Positions 18,792 to 27,530 of a stretch of 64,000 nucleotides of DNA are shown here, piece by piece. Origin of the DNA: Candidatus Cloacimonadales bacterium. Its GTDB lineage: Bacteria; Cloacimonadota; Cloacimonadia; Cloacimonadales; JAIOQZ01. The number at the start of each line of letters is the position of its first letter. The stretch's first letter is position 1. The translations under genes and the position numbers were made by a program. The DNA lies in assembly GCA_963665015.2 (NCBI GenBank), contig CAXXSY010000005.1:4301-68300 (forward strand), given 5' to 3'. Under the pieces are notes generated by a model, which ran no database searches, was not told where the DNA came from, and saw only the letters and a list, made by a program, of their open reading frames with translations.

Positions 18792-21700
18792 CATGTTTGT
18801 TTTACTGCTTGTCGTATCGATTGTTACGTCGGTCGCGGCAAATGATTTTACGCTAAGAGACGACCAGTTTGCTTCTATATCGCATCTGGATGCAGACCTT
18901 GATATAAGTGTAACCGACCTGAATCACGACGGTTTACTGGATCTTTTTGTGGTTGTTGAAGGAAATGATGAATGTCATGTCGAGCGATGGGAACAGAATT
19001 CCGATGGCTCCGCTGAATTCCATCGCACGGCAAACTCGTTCCTGTCGATGTCATCTCACACAATGCGTATCGAATTCACTGATGTGGACGGAGATGGGTT
19101 AATTGATTTTTTTGTCGGAGATTACGATTTGGAATCGGGTATGTTTGCCACGATTAAACGTTACGAGCAAGTTTCTGCAAATGATGATGAACTCGAACTG
19201 AGGAATAGCTTCTTCAACGGAATTACTTTTTACCGAAACACCTATCTGGCTCCTGTCTTTTATGATTTGGATAACGACGGAAAACTGGATCTCCTTATCG
19301 GTCTTCAAAACGGTACAATTCTCCACTATGAGGCAGATTCCGTGAATTCTGCTAATTTTTCGCTCATTACGGACTCGTTCAACAATATCGATATCGGAGA
19401 GGATGTGGACCTTTGTATTGGAGATTATAACGGAGATGGATTACTCGACCTCGTTCTCGGGAGCTTCAACCACGAGTTGATTTACTATGAGCAGGCTCAA
19501 ACAGGGTCTTATACGTTTAACCATGTCAATAACAGTTTCTTATCGACAAGTATGACTCCGATGAAATTTTCCTGTTTTACCGATATTGACGACGACGGAT
19601 ATGTTGATTTTCTGGCTGGCGACCAAGCTAATGAAACAATTCCTTCTCGTGTTCATCGCTATGAAATCGCGGCACACGTCTCGACACATGATGTTACGGA
19701 TATCACAACTTCTTCGGCGGTTGTGGGTGTTACCACAGCGGGCAATTCGGCTTTGACATACAGCGATTGCGGGATCTGTTGGAGCACTTCCTCCTCACCC
19801 ACCATATCGGACAGTGTGGTCAGCTTCGGGTCCGAAATCGGCTCGTTCACGACAACATTGACCGATCTGGATGTCCACGTCACCTACCATGTAAGAGGAT
19901 ATGTCCAGGACCAATTCGGCGTCAGTTACGGAGAAGAGATGACCTTTTCTGTCATCCACGACCCGATGAGTTATGACGGAATATCCTGTTACCAAATAGA
20001 GGATCCCATATACCGCAACAGCCAGAACCAGCCGATTCTTCGTATCGAGCTCGAGACTTCGGGTCCGCACGATCCACTCACGTTCTATGAGTTTAACGGA
20101 TACACAGCGGGATCGACAAATTCTTCACACGATATCGATTTGGTAAAAATCTTCTATACTGGCACAAGCCCTGATTTTTCAGACGATTATCAATTCGGTA
20201 ACGCCAGAATACCCAACCCATATTGGGAAATCTCGGAGCAGATGGAGTTGATGGAAGGCACAAACTACTTCTGGGTTTGCTGCGATGTTAGCAGCGACGC
20301 AATCGAGGAAAATGTTATCGATTGCCAAATAAGTTATTACTGGATCTTACACGAGTTGTATGAGGCATTTCCCAACGGTGATCCGGTCGGTTCCCGCGAA
20401 ATTATCTCACTGGACAACATCAGTGGTTTCGCGCTCAATTTCGATGGCTTTAACGATAGGGTCGAGATTGCGGATTCGCCCGAATTGGAGATGGACGACG
20501 TTTTCACCATCTCGGCGTGGATATACCCGGATGACCTGGATAGCCGGTATGGAATATTCTCTACGAGAGCGACCAACCAGGCAGGGAGCTTCCAGCTTGA
20601 AGTTGGAACAGCCAACGGCGGGACGAATCAGATTGCTTTGTGTGGCGTGGGAACATGGATTGAAGCATCTGCTGACAATGCGATCCAGCCAGGTGAATGG
20701 AACCATATTGCCTGTACCCGATCTGGCTCTGCGCAGGGTGACACCAAATTCTATGTTAACGGAGTTGAGGTTTCCTCTACTTCCGGTCCTGCCTATGAGG
20801 TGATTGATAACAATGATCCGATCCAAATTGCGTCAGGCTTGAACGGCGGACAGCTTTTCAATGGAAAAATTGACGAGGTCAGGCTCTGGAATGTCGCACG
20901 AACGCAGCAGGAGATCAGGGAATCGATGCATCTCGCAAGCGTTGGTGGATACAACGAGTTGGTTGCAAACTGGCAGCTCAACGACGGCGCCGGCGTCACG
21001 GTCGAAGAACAAATCAACAGCCTGAACGGAACGATGATAAATATGACCGATGAGGACTGGGTCGTATCGGATATCCCCTTTGGCAGTGGGCTTACAGATA
21101 CCGAAACCGAAGAGAATGGATGGGTCTATTTTGGAGCTACTGATCTGCGTATGATTTACAGCTCGCAAAGCAGCGCCGAGGTAACCGTCACCCGACTCGA
21201 TAACGCGCCCAACACGCTGCCTTCGTTGGCGGACGAGGCTTTCGACAGCCAGTACTGGATTGTCAACCACTCCGATGAAAGCACCTTCAATGCCGAGCTC
21301 TCAGTCTATGTTGACGAGGATATTTCCTCGAACATGGCAGAAAATCCACAGATGATCAAGTTGTTTACAAGGCCGATCTATTCAAATGGTGAATGGAGCT
21401 ATCTGCAAACGGCGAGTTACGCTGGTGCTTCTTACGACGAAGTACGGTTTCCGAACATCACCCAGGCGGGTCAGTTCATGGTGGGAGTCTTCGATCTTCC
21501 CAATCTCGTCTCGATGGATCCACAAAACAATCAGATCAATTCCCATCTTGGTGGTATCGTCAAGATGGAATTCAATCGTGAAATGGCCGCAGGCACAGGT
21601 AACATCACCTTGAAGAAAAGCTCTGACGACTCGATCATAGGTCAGATCGCTGCATCCGAAGCCAAGATCGATGGCTGCATGGTCGTGGTTGATTTCAACG

Positions 21701-24369
21701 TACAACTCGACCAAAACGAATCCTACTACGTACAGATTGAGCCGACTGCATTCATAGATGTCTCGTATACCTTCTATTTTGATGGAATTGAAGACAATGC
21801 GACATGGAATTTCACTACTGGCACATTCGAGCCGGACAAAGGTACTTGCATCGAATTCGACGGCGTGGACGACCATATCAATCTCGGGCATAGTCCGATT
21901 CTCGATCTGACAGAAGGTATTACACTGGAGTGCTGGGTCAAACCTGCCGATCTGAGCGATTGGGCGCGAATTTTTTCTGCGCCGGGGACGTTTACGGGGA
22001 AATACGGGCTCTCGATAAGCAATGTGGAAGGAAAAGTCGAAGCTTGCTACAGGATTGATGGAGGGTCATCCGTATATCGCAAGACATTTTACCCGGACAT
22101 CTGTCTTGACCAATGGAATCATATCGCATTCTCAGCGGACGATGAGGGACATGGATTTCTTTACATCAATGGTGTAAAAGCAGCAGCAGGAGCGAATTCC
22201 AGCTTCAGCTTCACCGGCGATGATCTCTGGATTGGTGGAAAGCAGAATGGTACTTACCGTTTCGAGGGATGTCTGGATGAGGTGCGAATCTGGGATTATC
22301 CCCGCACACAGCAGCAGATCGCGGATAATATGTGTACCCCGATCGACCCGCAATCCCCGGGACTCAAATGCTATCTGCTAATGAACGAAGGAGTCGGCGA
22401 TCTTGCAACGGATATCATTGGCGGCAACGACGGTACGCTGAGCAATATGTCCCGCTCCGGATGGCTGGATTCCACCATTCCATATGGTGAAGGATCGTTC
22501 CAGCGTATCGATATTGGCGAAGTCGGATCGTATGCGTTCGATCAAACAGGTATCGACGTGGATATAACTTCGTTTATGATGATGGCTGAGGATACGCTCG
22601 AGGTTCATTGCACACACCTCGAAGAAGAGCCGAATGTCCTGCCGGCAGGTGTCGATGCCGTTTTCGATAGCCAGTACTGGGTGATCGAGACATGGGGGGA
22701 TCAGCAATATCAGGCAGACATCACATTCCATGTGGGTGACGAAGTGACGACCGCCGATGAAGCTGCTCCTGAAATCATTGCACTATACAAACGTAATTTC
22801 GGCTCTGATGGTGACTGGATTTTCCACAGTAGAGCAATTGCCGCGAGCAACGCCGCCAGCACGGTAACATTCACTGGGATTTCGGAACTATCGCAGTTCA
22901 TTATCGCAAGAAACACCAACTTCCCAGCACCTGAAGGTATTCCAGGGAACTGCCTAACCTTTGACGGTGAAGACGATTACGTCGAGCTTGCGAATGAAGA
23001 CGCTTTTGATTTTACAAGCCAGTTTACAGTAGAATGCTGGTTTAAGCCGACCTCTTCCGAAGAATTTAGTTACGGTGGCATATTCGGCAAGGAATGGGTT
23101 CTTTCCTTCGAGGCCGATCCTACGATGACATCCTTCTTTTTCGACGGTTCGTTCTGCGACTTCGCAGGTTATACCGATTACGAGAACAGCTACCTCGATC
23201 GCTGGAGCCACATCGCCATTACCTACGAATTCTCTGCCGTTACGTGGATTAGCACCCTGTCAATGTACCTGAACGGTGAGTTGGTGGCAACGGCTGACGG
23301 TTGGGATTTGGTCCCGGACAGCTCGAAACCGTTTCGCATCGGTACGGATGGCTACGAAATTCCAACGTATTTCGAGGGTGAGATCGATCAGGTGCGACTG
23401 TGGTCCGTCTGCCGCACGCAGGAGGAAATCCGCGAGCACATATACAACCCGGTATCGGGTCTCGAATCGGGTCTGACCGCGATCTTCCAGATGAATGAAG
23501 GAACCGGCACGACTGTCGCCGACGCCATCAACAGCATGGCCGGCACGCTGACCAACATGGACACCTCCGACTGGATGACTTCTACGATTCCATACGGTGA
23601 AGGTTTCTCCGTATCCGCCGTGGAAGCAAGCGGCATCGTTGATTTCAACGGCACCGGTATCACGTTCAACTACGCTTCCCAGAGCGCCGCGGACGTCACT
23701 GTCTCCCGCATCGAGCTGGCGCCCGATACCTTCCCGAATGAACCAAACACAACCTTCGACGACCTCTACTGGGTCGTGAATCGATACGGCACGGGCGATT
23801 TCAACGCGGACTTCACTTTTACGCTTGGTAACCTGACACAGGATGATCAGAATAATCCAAACCAGATCGCGCTCTTCACGCGTGCGAGCACTTCCGACGA
23901 TGTATGGCTCTACCTCGCTGACGCGAGTGCGGTTAATGCAGCCACAGGTGAAGCGACATTCGATGGCCTGGATGATACCGGTCAGTTCATCATCACACGC
24001 TGGATTCGGTCGATCGATTCACCGCAAAATCTTGCGATAGAGGTCGTCGGTACGGATGTGCAAATTAGTTGGGATGATGTCGATGGCGCGAATTCATACA
24101 AGATATTCGCTTGTGACACAATCGATGGGACGTATGTCGATGTGACAGAAAGCGGCTCGTTCGGCTCGATAACAAGAGCCACAGCTGCAAAGAAAGAGAC
24201 TGGTGTAACTTTCAAAACCGGTACCATGGTAACGAGCAATGAGATTGCAAGCGCCTCATCGATGATAGATTCGAAAACGGTACGGCGGTCACGACAGACA
24301 TGGTCCATCCCGTGCGGTGAAGAAAAGAGATTCTTTTATATAACGAGCTCGACGGAAATCGTGGAATAA
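18781..24369 (+). CDS. Giant secreted FG-GAP-repeat / triple LamG (Laminin_G_3-type) / FN3-like surface protein without a T9SS CTD
   Basis: Signal peptide MKNSMFVLLLVVSIVTSVAA. FG-GAP Ca-loops DLNHDGLLDLFVV, DVDGDGLIDFFVGD, DLDNDGKLDLLIG, GDYNGDGLLDLVLG and DIDDDGYVDFLAGD. Three LamG units each ending G-x-(I/L)DEVR(L/I)W...RTQ(Q/E)EI. The terminal FN3-like module ends ..KRFFYITSSTEIVE. Confidence 0.85.
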   Translation: MKNSMFVLLLVVSIVTSVAANDFTLRDDQFASISHLDADLDISVTDLNHDGLLDLFVVVEGNDECHVERWEQNSDGSAEFHRTANSFLSMSSHTMRIEFTDVDGDGLIDFFVGDYDLESGMFATIKRYEQVSANDDELELRNSFFNGITFYRNTYLAPVFYDLDNDGKLDLLIGLQNGTILHYEADSVNSANFSLITDSFNNIDIGEDVDLCIGDYNGDGLLDLVLGSFNHELIYYEQAQTGSYTFNHVNNSFLSTSMTPMKFSCFTDIDDDGYVDFLAGDQANETIPSRVHRYEIAAHVSTHDVTDITTSSAVVGVTTAGNSALTYSDCGICWSTSSSPTISDSVVSFGSEIGSFTTTLTDLDVHVTYHVRGYVQDQFGVSYGEEMTFSVIHDPMSYDGISCYQIEDPIYRNSQNQPILRIELETSGPHDPLTFYEFNGYTAGSTNSSHDIDLVKIFYTGTSPDFSDDYQFGNARIPNPYWEISEQMELMEGTNYFWVCCDVSSDAIEENVIDCQISYYWILHELYEAFPNGDPVGSREIISLDNISGFALNFDGFNDRVEIADSPELEMDDVFTISAWIYPDDLDSRYGIFSTRATNQAGSFQLEVGTANGGTNQIALCGVGTWIEASADNAIQPGEWNHIACTRSGSAQGDTKFYVNGVEVSSTSGPAYEVIDNNDPIQIASGLNGGQLFNGKIDEVRLWNVARTQQEIRESMHLASVGGYNELVANWQLNDGAGVTVEEQINSLNGTMINMTDEDWVVSDIPFGSGLTDTETEENGWVYFGATDLRMIYSSQSSAEVTVTRLDNAPNTLPSLADEAFDSQYWIVNHSDESTFNAELSVYVDEDISSNMAENPQMIKLFTRPIYSNGEWSYLQTASYAGASYDEVRFPNITQAGQFMVGVFDLPNLVSMDPQNNQINSHLGGIVKMEFNREMAAGTGNITLKKSSDDSIIGQIAASEAKIDGCMVVVDFNVQLDQNESYYVQIEPTAFIDVSYTFYFDGIEDNATWNFTTGTFEPDKGTCIEFDGVDDHINLGHSPILDLTEGITLECWVKPADLSDWARIFSAPGTFTGKYGLSISNVEGKVEACYRIDGGSSVYRKTFYPDICLDQWNHIAFSADDEGHGFLYINGVKAAAGANSSFSFTGDDLWIGGKQNGTYRFEGCLDEVRIWDYPRTQQQIADNMCTPIDPQSPGLKCYLLMNEGVGDLATDIIGGNDGTLSNMSRSGWLDSTIPYGEGSFQRIDIGEVGSYAFDQTGIDVDITSFMMMAEDTLEVHCTHLEEEPNVLPAGVDAVFDSQYWVIETWGDQQYQADITFHVGDEVTTADEAAPEIIALYKRNFGSDGDWIFHSRAIAASNAASTVTFTGISELSQFIIARNTNFPAPEGIPGNCLTFDGEDDYVELANEDAFDFTSQFTVECWFKPTSSEEFSYGGIFGKEWVLSFEADPTMTSFFFDGSFCDFAGYTDYENSYLDRWSHIAITYEFSAVTWISTLSMYLNGELVATADGWDLVPDSSKPFRIGTDGYEIPTYFEGEIDQVRLWSVCRTQEEIREHIYNPVSGLESGLTAIFQMNEGTGTTVADAINSMAGTLTNMDTSDWMTSTIPYGEGFSVSAVEASGIVDFNGTGITFNYASQSAADVTVSRIELAPDTFPNEPNTTFDDLYWVVNRYGTGDFNADFTFTLGNLTQDDQNNPNQIALFTRASTSDDVWLYLADASAVNAATGEATFDGLDDTGQFIITRWIRSIDSPQNLAIEVVGTDVQISWDDVDGANSYKIFACDTIDGTYVDVTESGSFGSITRATAAKKETGVTFKTGTMVTSNEIASASSMIDSKTVRRSRQTWSIPCGEEKRFFYITSSTEIVE

Positions 24370-24394
24370 TCTTCAACATGAGAAGAAATTTTGG

Positions 24395-25536
24395 TCTATG
24401 TTCTGCGCGGCCAGTGCGTGGCATTGTTGAGCACACGATAGTACTCGAGCATCACGCGGTCGAAGTCAGCGAGGATGCGGTGCTGACCGTAGTTGGTCTC
24501 CATCGCGGCGCGGAAGCGGACTCCATAGCGTCTGGAAAGCTCCTCGCAGGCGTCGTAGTAGAACGCGAAGAAGCGTGAGTTCTCGGACGGCATCACACTC
24601 AAGAAGGTGCAGTACGACACGGTCAAGTTGTTCAAGTCATTCAATCCGGATTTCGAGACACTGGTTCTGGAAGAGGAAGAGCTGGCGCGTTTTTTCACTT
24701 CGGTTTCTCAAGCGTCGCGTTTTTGCAGATCGTTTTTTCACTCGTATTTTTCACGTTTTGGCGCACGTTTTTGCACACGGGCCGCAAAAACGCCTGAAGT
24801 GCAAAAGCGAAAAAGCGTAAAAACGCAAAACCGCGACGCTTGGGGCAAACACGATTGAGTCGATACGCGCAACAAGTTTCTAAGCTAATCAGATAGAGGG
24901 TTTTACGCGAGTGACGAGAGCCGCAAACCTCCTGCAAAGACGAACCCAGAGTGGAAGAACCCTCCCGCAGAAAGCCGCAAATGGAAAAAGTGCAAAAACG
25001 CTCTGAAAATACGCGCAAGCTCCGACAAAACAAACACCTGTGAGACCACTCAATCGTTTTTCAGAATGGAAAGAAGGGTGTCAACTTACAACCTTCATTT
25101 TCCACTTTGTGACAGCATGTTTTCCATCGTGCAACAAGTCGAAGTGACACGAAATGCCCTTATCTCCCACACCAACAAACACATCAATGCAGTCGCTCTC
25201 CCAAGTTGCAAGTGACGGCAGTCTTTCCTTCAAGTGACGGCAGTTTTTCCATCAAGGAAATCATGCTGGCACTTTTCGTGTTCAAGGGCTTCAGATACTT
25301 CTGCTCATTTTTCAATGACTTACGAAAACTTCCAGTGATTGCAGTCTTTCCATTCCGCCCGATGGAAATTGTGACGTCACTTTTTCCACATCGCAAAAAC
25401 GCCCAGTTATCTCACGTAATATCAATGACATGCTGAAACTTCCAGTGACGGCAATTTTTCCATCGTTTCAAGCCGTTTTCCAGTTGTTGCAAGGGCTTAG
25501 AAACCCGAATGTCTTTCATGCGGAGATCAGCTATCT
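24395..25536 (-). mobile_element. Mu-like prophage remnant B: a collinear deletion derivative
   Basis: Diverged copies of remnant A segments in the same order and orientation: the Mu F 5' end (24400-24463), a terminase piece (24455-24587), the repressor 3' end (24588-24700), the post-repressor region (24880-25170 versus 14370-14680) and the end region (25440-25536 versus 14700-14804). Confidence 0.7.
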
Positions 25537-25608
25537 CGTATTATACCCGTTAATTATGCTCAAACTGCAAGTGACGGCAGTTTTTCCTTAAGGAAAACAT
25601 GCTGGCAC
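25109..25608 (+). repeat. Phage-end repeat array of remnant B/C
   Basis: Same-strand copies of the AGTGACGGCAGTTTTTCCATC-type motif at 25109, 25142, 25211, 25233, 25334, 25371, 25444 and 25570. Two of them are fused head-to-head with an inverted variant (..TTTCCATCAAGGAAATCATGCTGGCAC at 25233-25272 and ..TTTCCTTAAGGAAAACATGCTGGCAC at 25570-25608). Confidence 0.6.
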
Positions 25609-25634
25609 AAATGAAGCTAATATCCTGAATACAA

Positions 25635-25671
25635 GGCAAATAGAAAGGCCTGAATCTCTCGACTCAGGCCT
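25635..25671 (-). terminator. Rho-independent terminator after the tail-fibre module
   Basis: Hairpin AGGCCTGA-(10 nt)-TCAGGCCT at 25646-25671. On the minus strand it is followed by TTCTATTTG. Confidence 0.5.
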
Positions 25672-25687
25672 GCGATGTTCGATTATC

Positions 25688-26164
25688 CTACTTCTCACCA
25701 CTCCAGACATACAGCTTCCCACCGTATGCCACGACTTCCCCGATGACACCCTCTTCAGGTAGCTCTGTGACCTCCGCGATGATGTCGGTGGTCTCGAGCT
25801 TGATGTAGCCTTCCAGCGCGTGACCGTTGATCTTGGTGCGGGTCTCGACCTTGGCAGCGAGGGCCGTGGTGAGGCCTGTGATCTTGCTCTGCGCCAGCGT
25901 CGGGATGCGGTCGGTGGCGAGAGCGCCGGTAGCGATTTTGGCTGCATCGAGGTCTGGTACGCGATCCACGACGAAGATGCCGGTGGTGATCTTGGAAGCG
26001 TCGAGGTCGGGAATCTGACTCGTTTCGAGTACGCCTGTGATGTTGTCCGGCTCGATCTGCGGGATTTGCTCGGTGATCAGCTTGCCGGACTTGTCGAGCT
26101 GGGCGATGCCGTTGGCGACGCCGAGTTGTCCGGAGTCGAGAATTTCCTGCCATGTGCCTGCCAT
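25688..26164 (-). CDS. Phage tail-fibre-like protein
   Basis: Three IP-x-LDA-x-KI-type repeats (QIPDLDASKITTG, VPDLDAAKIATG, IPTLAQSKITG) and an N-terminal ..GVANGIAQLDKSGKL... It is GC-rich and is the last gene before the end repeats. Confidence 0.6.
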   Translation of the reverse strand: MAGTWQEILDSGQLGVANGIAQLDKSGKLITEQIPQIEPDNITGVLETSQIPDLDASKITTGIFVVDRVPDLDAAKIATGALATDRIPTLAQSKITGLTTALAAKVETRTKINGHALEGYIKLETTDIIAEVTELPEEGVIGEVVAYGGKLYVWSGEK

Positions 26165-26322
26165 TACGCCTCCTTCACTTCACGCTCGAGCCGCCCGAGC
26201 AGCAGCAATGCGCCTTCGGTCTTGAGCAGCTTCTCGCGCGATTCCTGGATGAGTCTCTGGAGCCGCTCATACTCGTGCGTCAGCTCCAGCTTGGTGGTCT
26301 GGTAGAGTTCGATTTGTGTCAT
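26164..26322 (-). CDS. Small coiled-coil phage protein (52 aa, not in the ORF track)
   Basis: ATG at 26322, encoding MTQIELYQTTKLELTHEYERLQRLIQESREKLLKTEGALLLLGRLEREVKEA, with stop TAA at 26166-26164. The start overlaps the upstream stop (ATGA) and the stop overlaps the downstream start (TAATG). Confidence 0.4.
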   Translation of the reverse strand: MTQIELYQTTKLELTHEYERLQRLIQESREKLLKTEGALLLLGRLEREVKEA

Positions 26323-26561
26323 GCGTTCTCCTTGTATATGTAGGGTTTTCCGTTCTTGATGAATACCTGCCCCGGCTTCGCCTCCGGCGGAAAATCCGCG
26401 CCACTGAGCACGAGATTCTCGTCATGGATACCGAGGTCTTCCTTCTCGTCTACAGTGGAGTAGATCGGCTTCACGAAGGCGATATCGCGGTCTGTGGAGA
26501 CCGTTGGCTTCGTCTTGCGGTTCAGTAAATCCCACACGCTGTTCTGACGAATCGTGCTCAC
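26319..26561 (-). CDS. Phage hypothetical protein (tail-fibre module)
   Basis: An 80-aa GC-rich ORF, translationally coupled to both neighbours by 4-nt overlaps. Confidence 0.45.
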   Translation of the reverse strand: MSTIRQNSVWDLLNRKTKPTVSTDRDIAFVKPIYSTVDEKEDLGIHDENLVLSGADFPPEAKPGQVFIKNGKPYIYKENA

Positions 26562-26992
26562 GTCTGCATCAACTCCGAGACCTTCTGGGCCAGCGTGTTG
26601 GACGAGTGAAGAACGTTTGCCAACGCCTGCAGGGCGTCCTCGTCCTGCGCGAAGGCGTCGATGATGTTGCCGAGGGTAAGCTGCGTTTCGATGGTCTCGA
26701 TGCGCTCCTCGAACGGCGAAGTCGTCGTCGCGTAGGTGTGGTCGACCTTCTTGATCTTTGAGCTGAGACCGCTGAAAAGCGTAACCGAGAGGTTGATCAC
26801 ATCGCCGTTCTCGACACCGCTCAGCTCGCTTCCATCGATGAACACGTATGTGCTCAGAACCGTTTCGTGATGCACCTCTGAGCCGTCCTTCTCGATGAGG
26901 ATTTCAGCCTGCGAGAAGTGCACTGTAGGCGAGGTGTTGAACAGGATGCGAATGCCGCCACTGCGGTTGACGACGTCCACGCCCAGCGTCAC
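26558..26992 (-). CDS. Phage structural protein, probably 5'-truncated
   Basis: GTG start only. The frame is open upstream to a TGA at about 27045, where GC-rich phage DNA ends, so the N-terminus is probably lost. Confidence 0.45.
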   Translation of the reverse strand: MTLGVDVVNRSGGIRILFNTSPTVHFSQAEILIEKDGSEVHHETVLSTYVFIDGSELSGVENGDVINLSVTLFSGLSSKIKKVDHTYATTTSPFEERIETIETQLTLGNIIDAFAQDEDALQALANVLHSSNTLAQKVSELMQT

Positions 26993-27125
26993 GGAACCAA
27001 GGTCGGGCAGCAGCAGGTCGAGCGTGTTCTCGACCGTGTCCAGATTTTTTCATTGACACTCATCCTTTATTTTGTCACGAAATTAACATGGCTAAAAACA
27101 GTTTTATAACCATGGAGGAACGACC

Positions 27126-27530
27126 ATGTATCGTACTATGATTATTGTCGCTTTGATATGTATTCTGCTCGTTGCCTGTGAAACGAAAAGCACACTGCTT
27201 CACAAAGCGTATAATGAAGAAACCCTTAGTACCGACCTCGAACAACTTAGTAAAAAGCTTACCTCTGAAGAATACTATATACTGAAGGAATCCATCGAAT
27301 TCAACAAGGAAAAGATAGATGCTGAAGAGTGTTTATCGTATGGCTGGCTTTTATCCGATGGAAAACTGCGAAAGTTTGAAAGAGAAATAGAGGAAATGAG
27401 GAGAATGGATCCCAAATACATACAGGAAAAGCTAAGTCAGTACATAACTGTAACCTGTAGCAAGAAAGAGTTCAATGAGGGACAGGCAGGCACAGACAGG
27501 CTTTGTGAAAATAATCGAAGGTCATCTTGA
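27126..27530 (+). CDS. Small lipoprotein, hypothetical
   Basis: Signal peptide with lipobox (IILLVAC). The last ~17 codons (EGQAGTDRLCENNRRSS) are read from the hairpin repeat and the IS end. Confidence 0.55.
   Translation: MYRTMIIVALICILLVACETKSTLLHKAYNEETLSTDLEQLSKKLTSEEYYILKESIEFNKEKIDAEECLSYGWLLSDGKLRKFEREIEEMRRMDPKYIQEKLSQYITVTCSKKEFNEGQAGTDRLCENNRRSS

Noticed and set aside
24280-24400. Truncation of the giant FG-GAP/LamG gene (loss of its T9SS CTD) by insertion of phage remnant B about 30 bp after its stop.
   Set aside because: The ORF ends after what looks like a complete FN3-like module (..SYKIFACD..KRFFYITSS). No CTD-like remnant is visible in any frame downstream, so truncation cannot be supported from this sequence.
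25211-25590. The regularly recurring ~21-bp repeats could be mistaken for a CRISPR array.
   Set aside because: The copies are degenerate and the spacing is irregular (22 to over 100 bp). Some are inverted, and no cas genes are present. The same motif occurs next to the repressor in remnant A, which fits phage-end binding sites.
25603-25618. TGGCAC-N5-AAGCT (and TGGCAC-N5-GTGTT at 25267-25282) as additional sigma-54 promoters.
   Set aside because: Both TGGCAC hexamers are part of the inverted variant of the phage-end motif. The first points into a terminator and a converging gene, and the second lacks the -12 GC.
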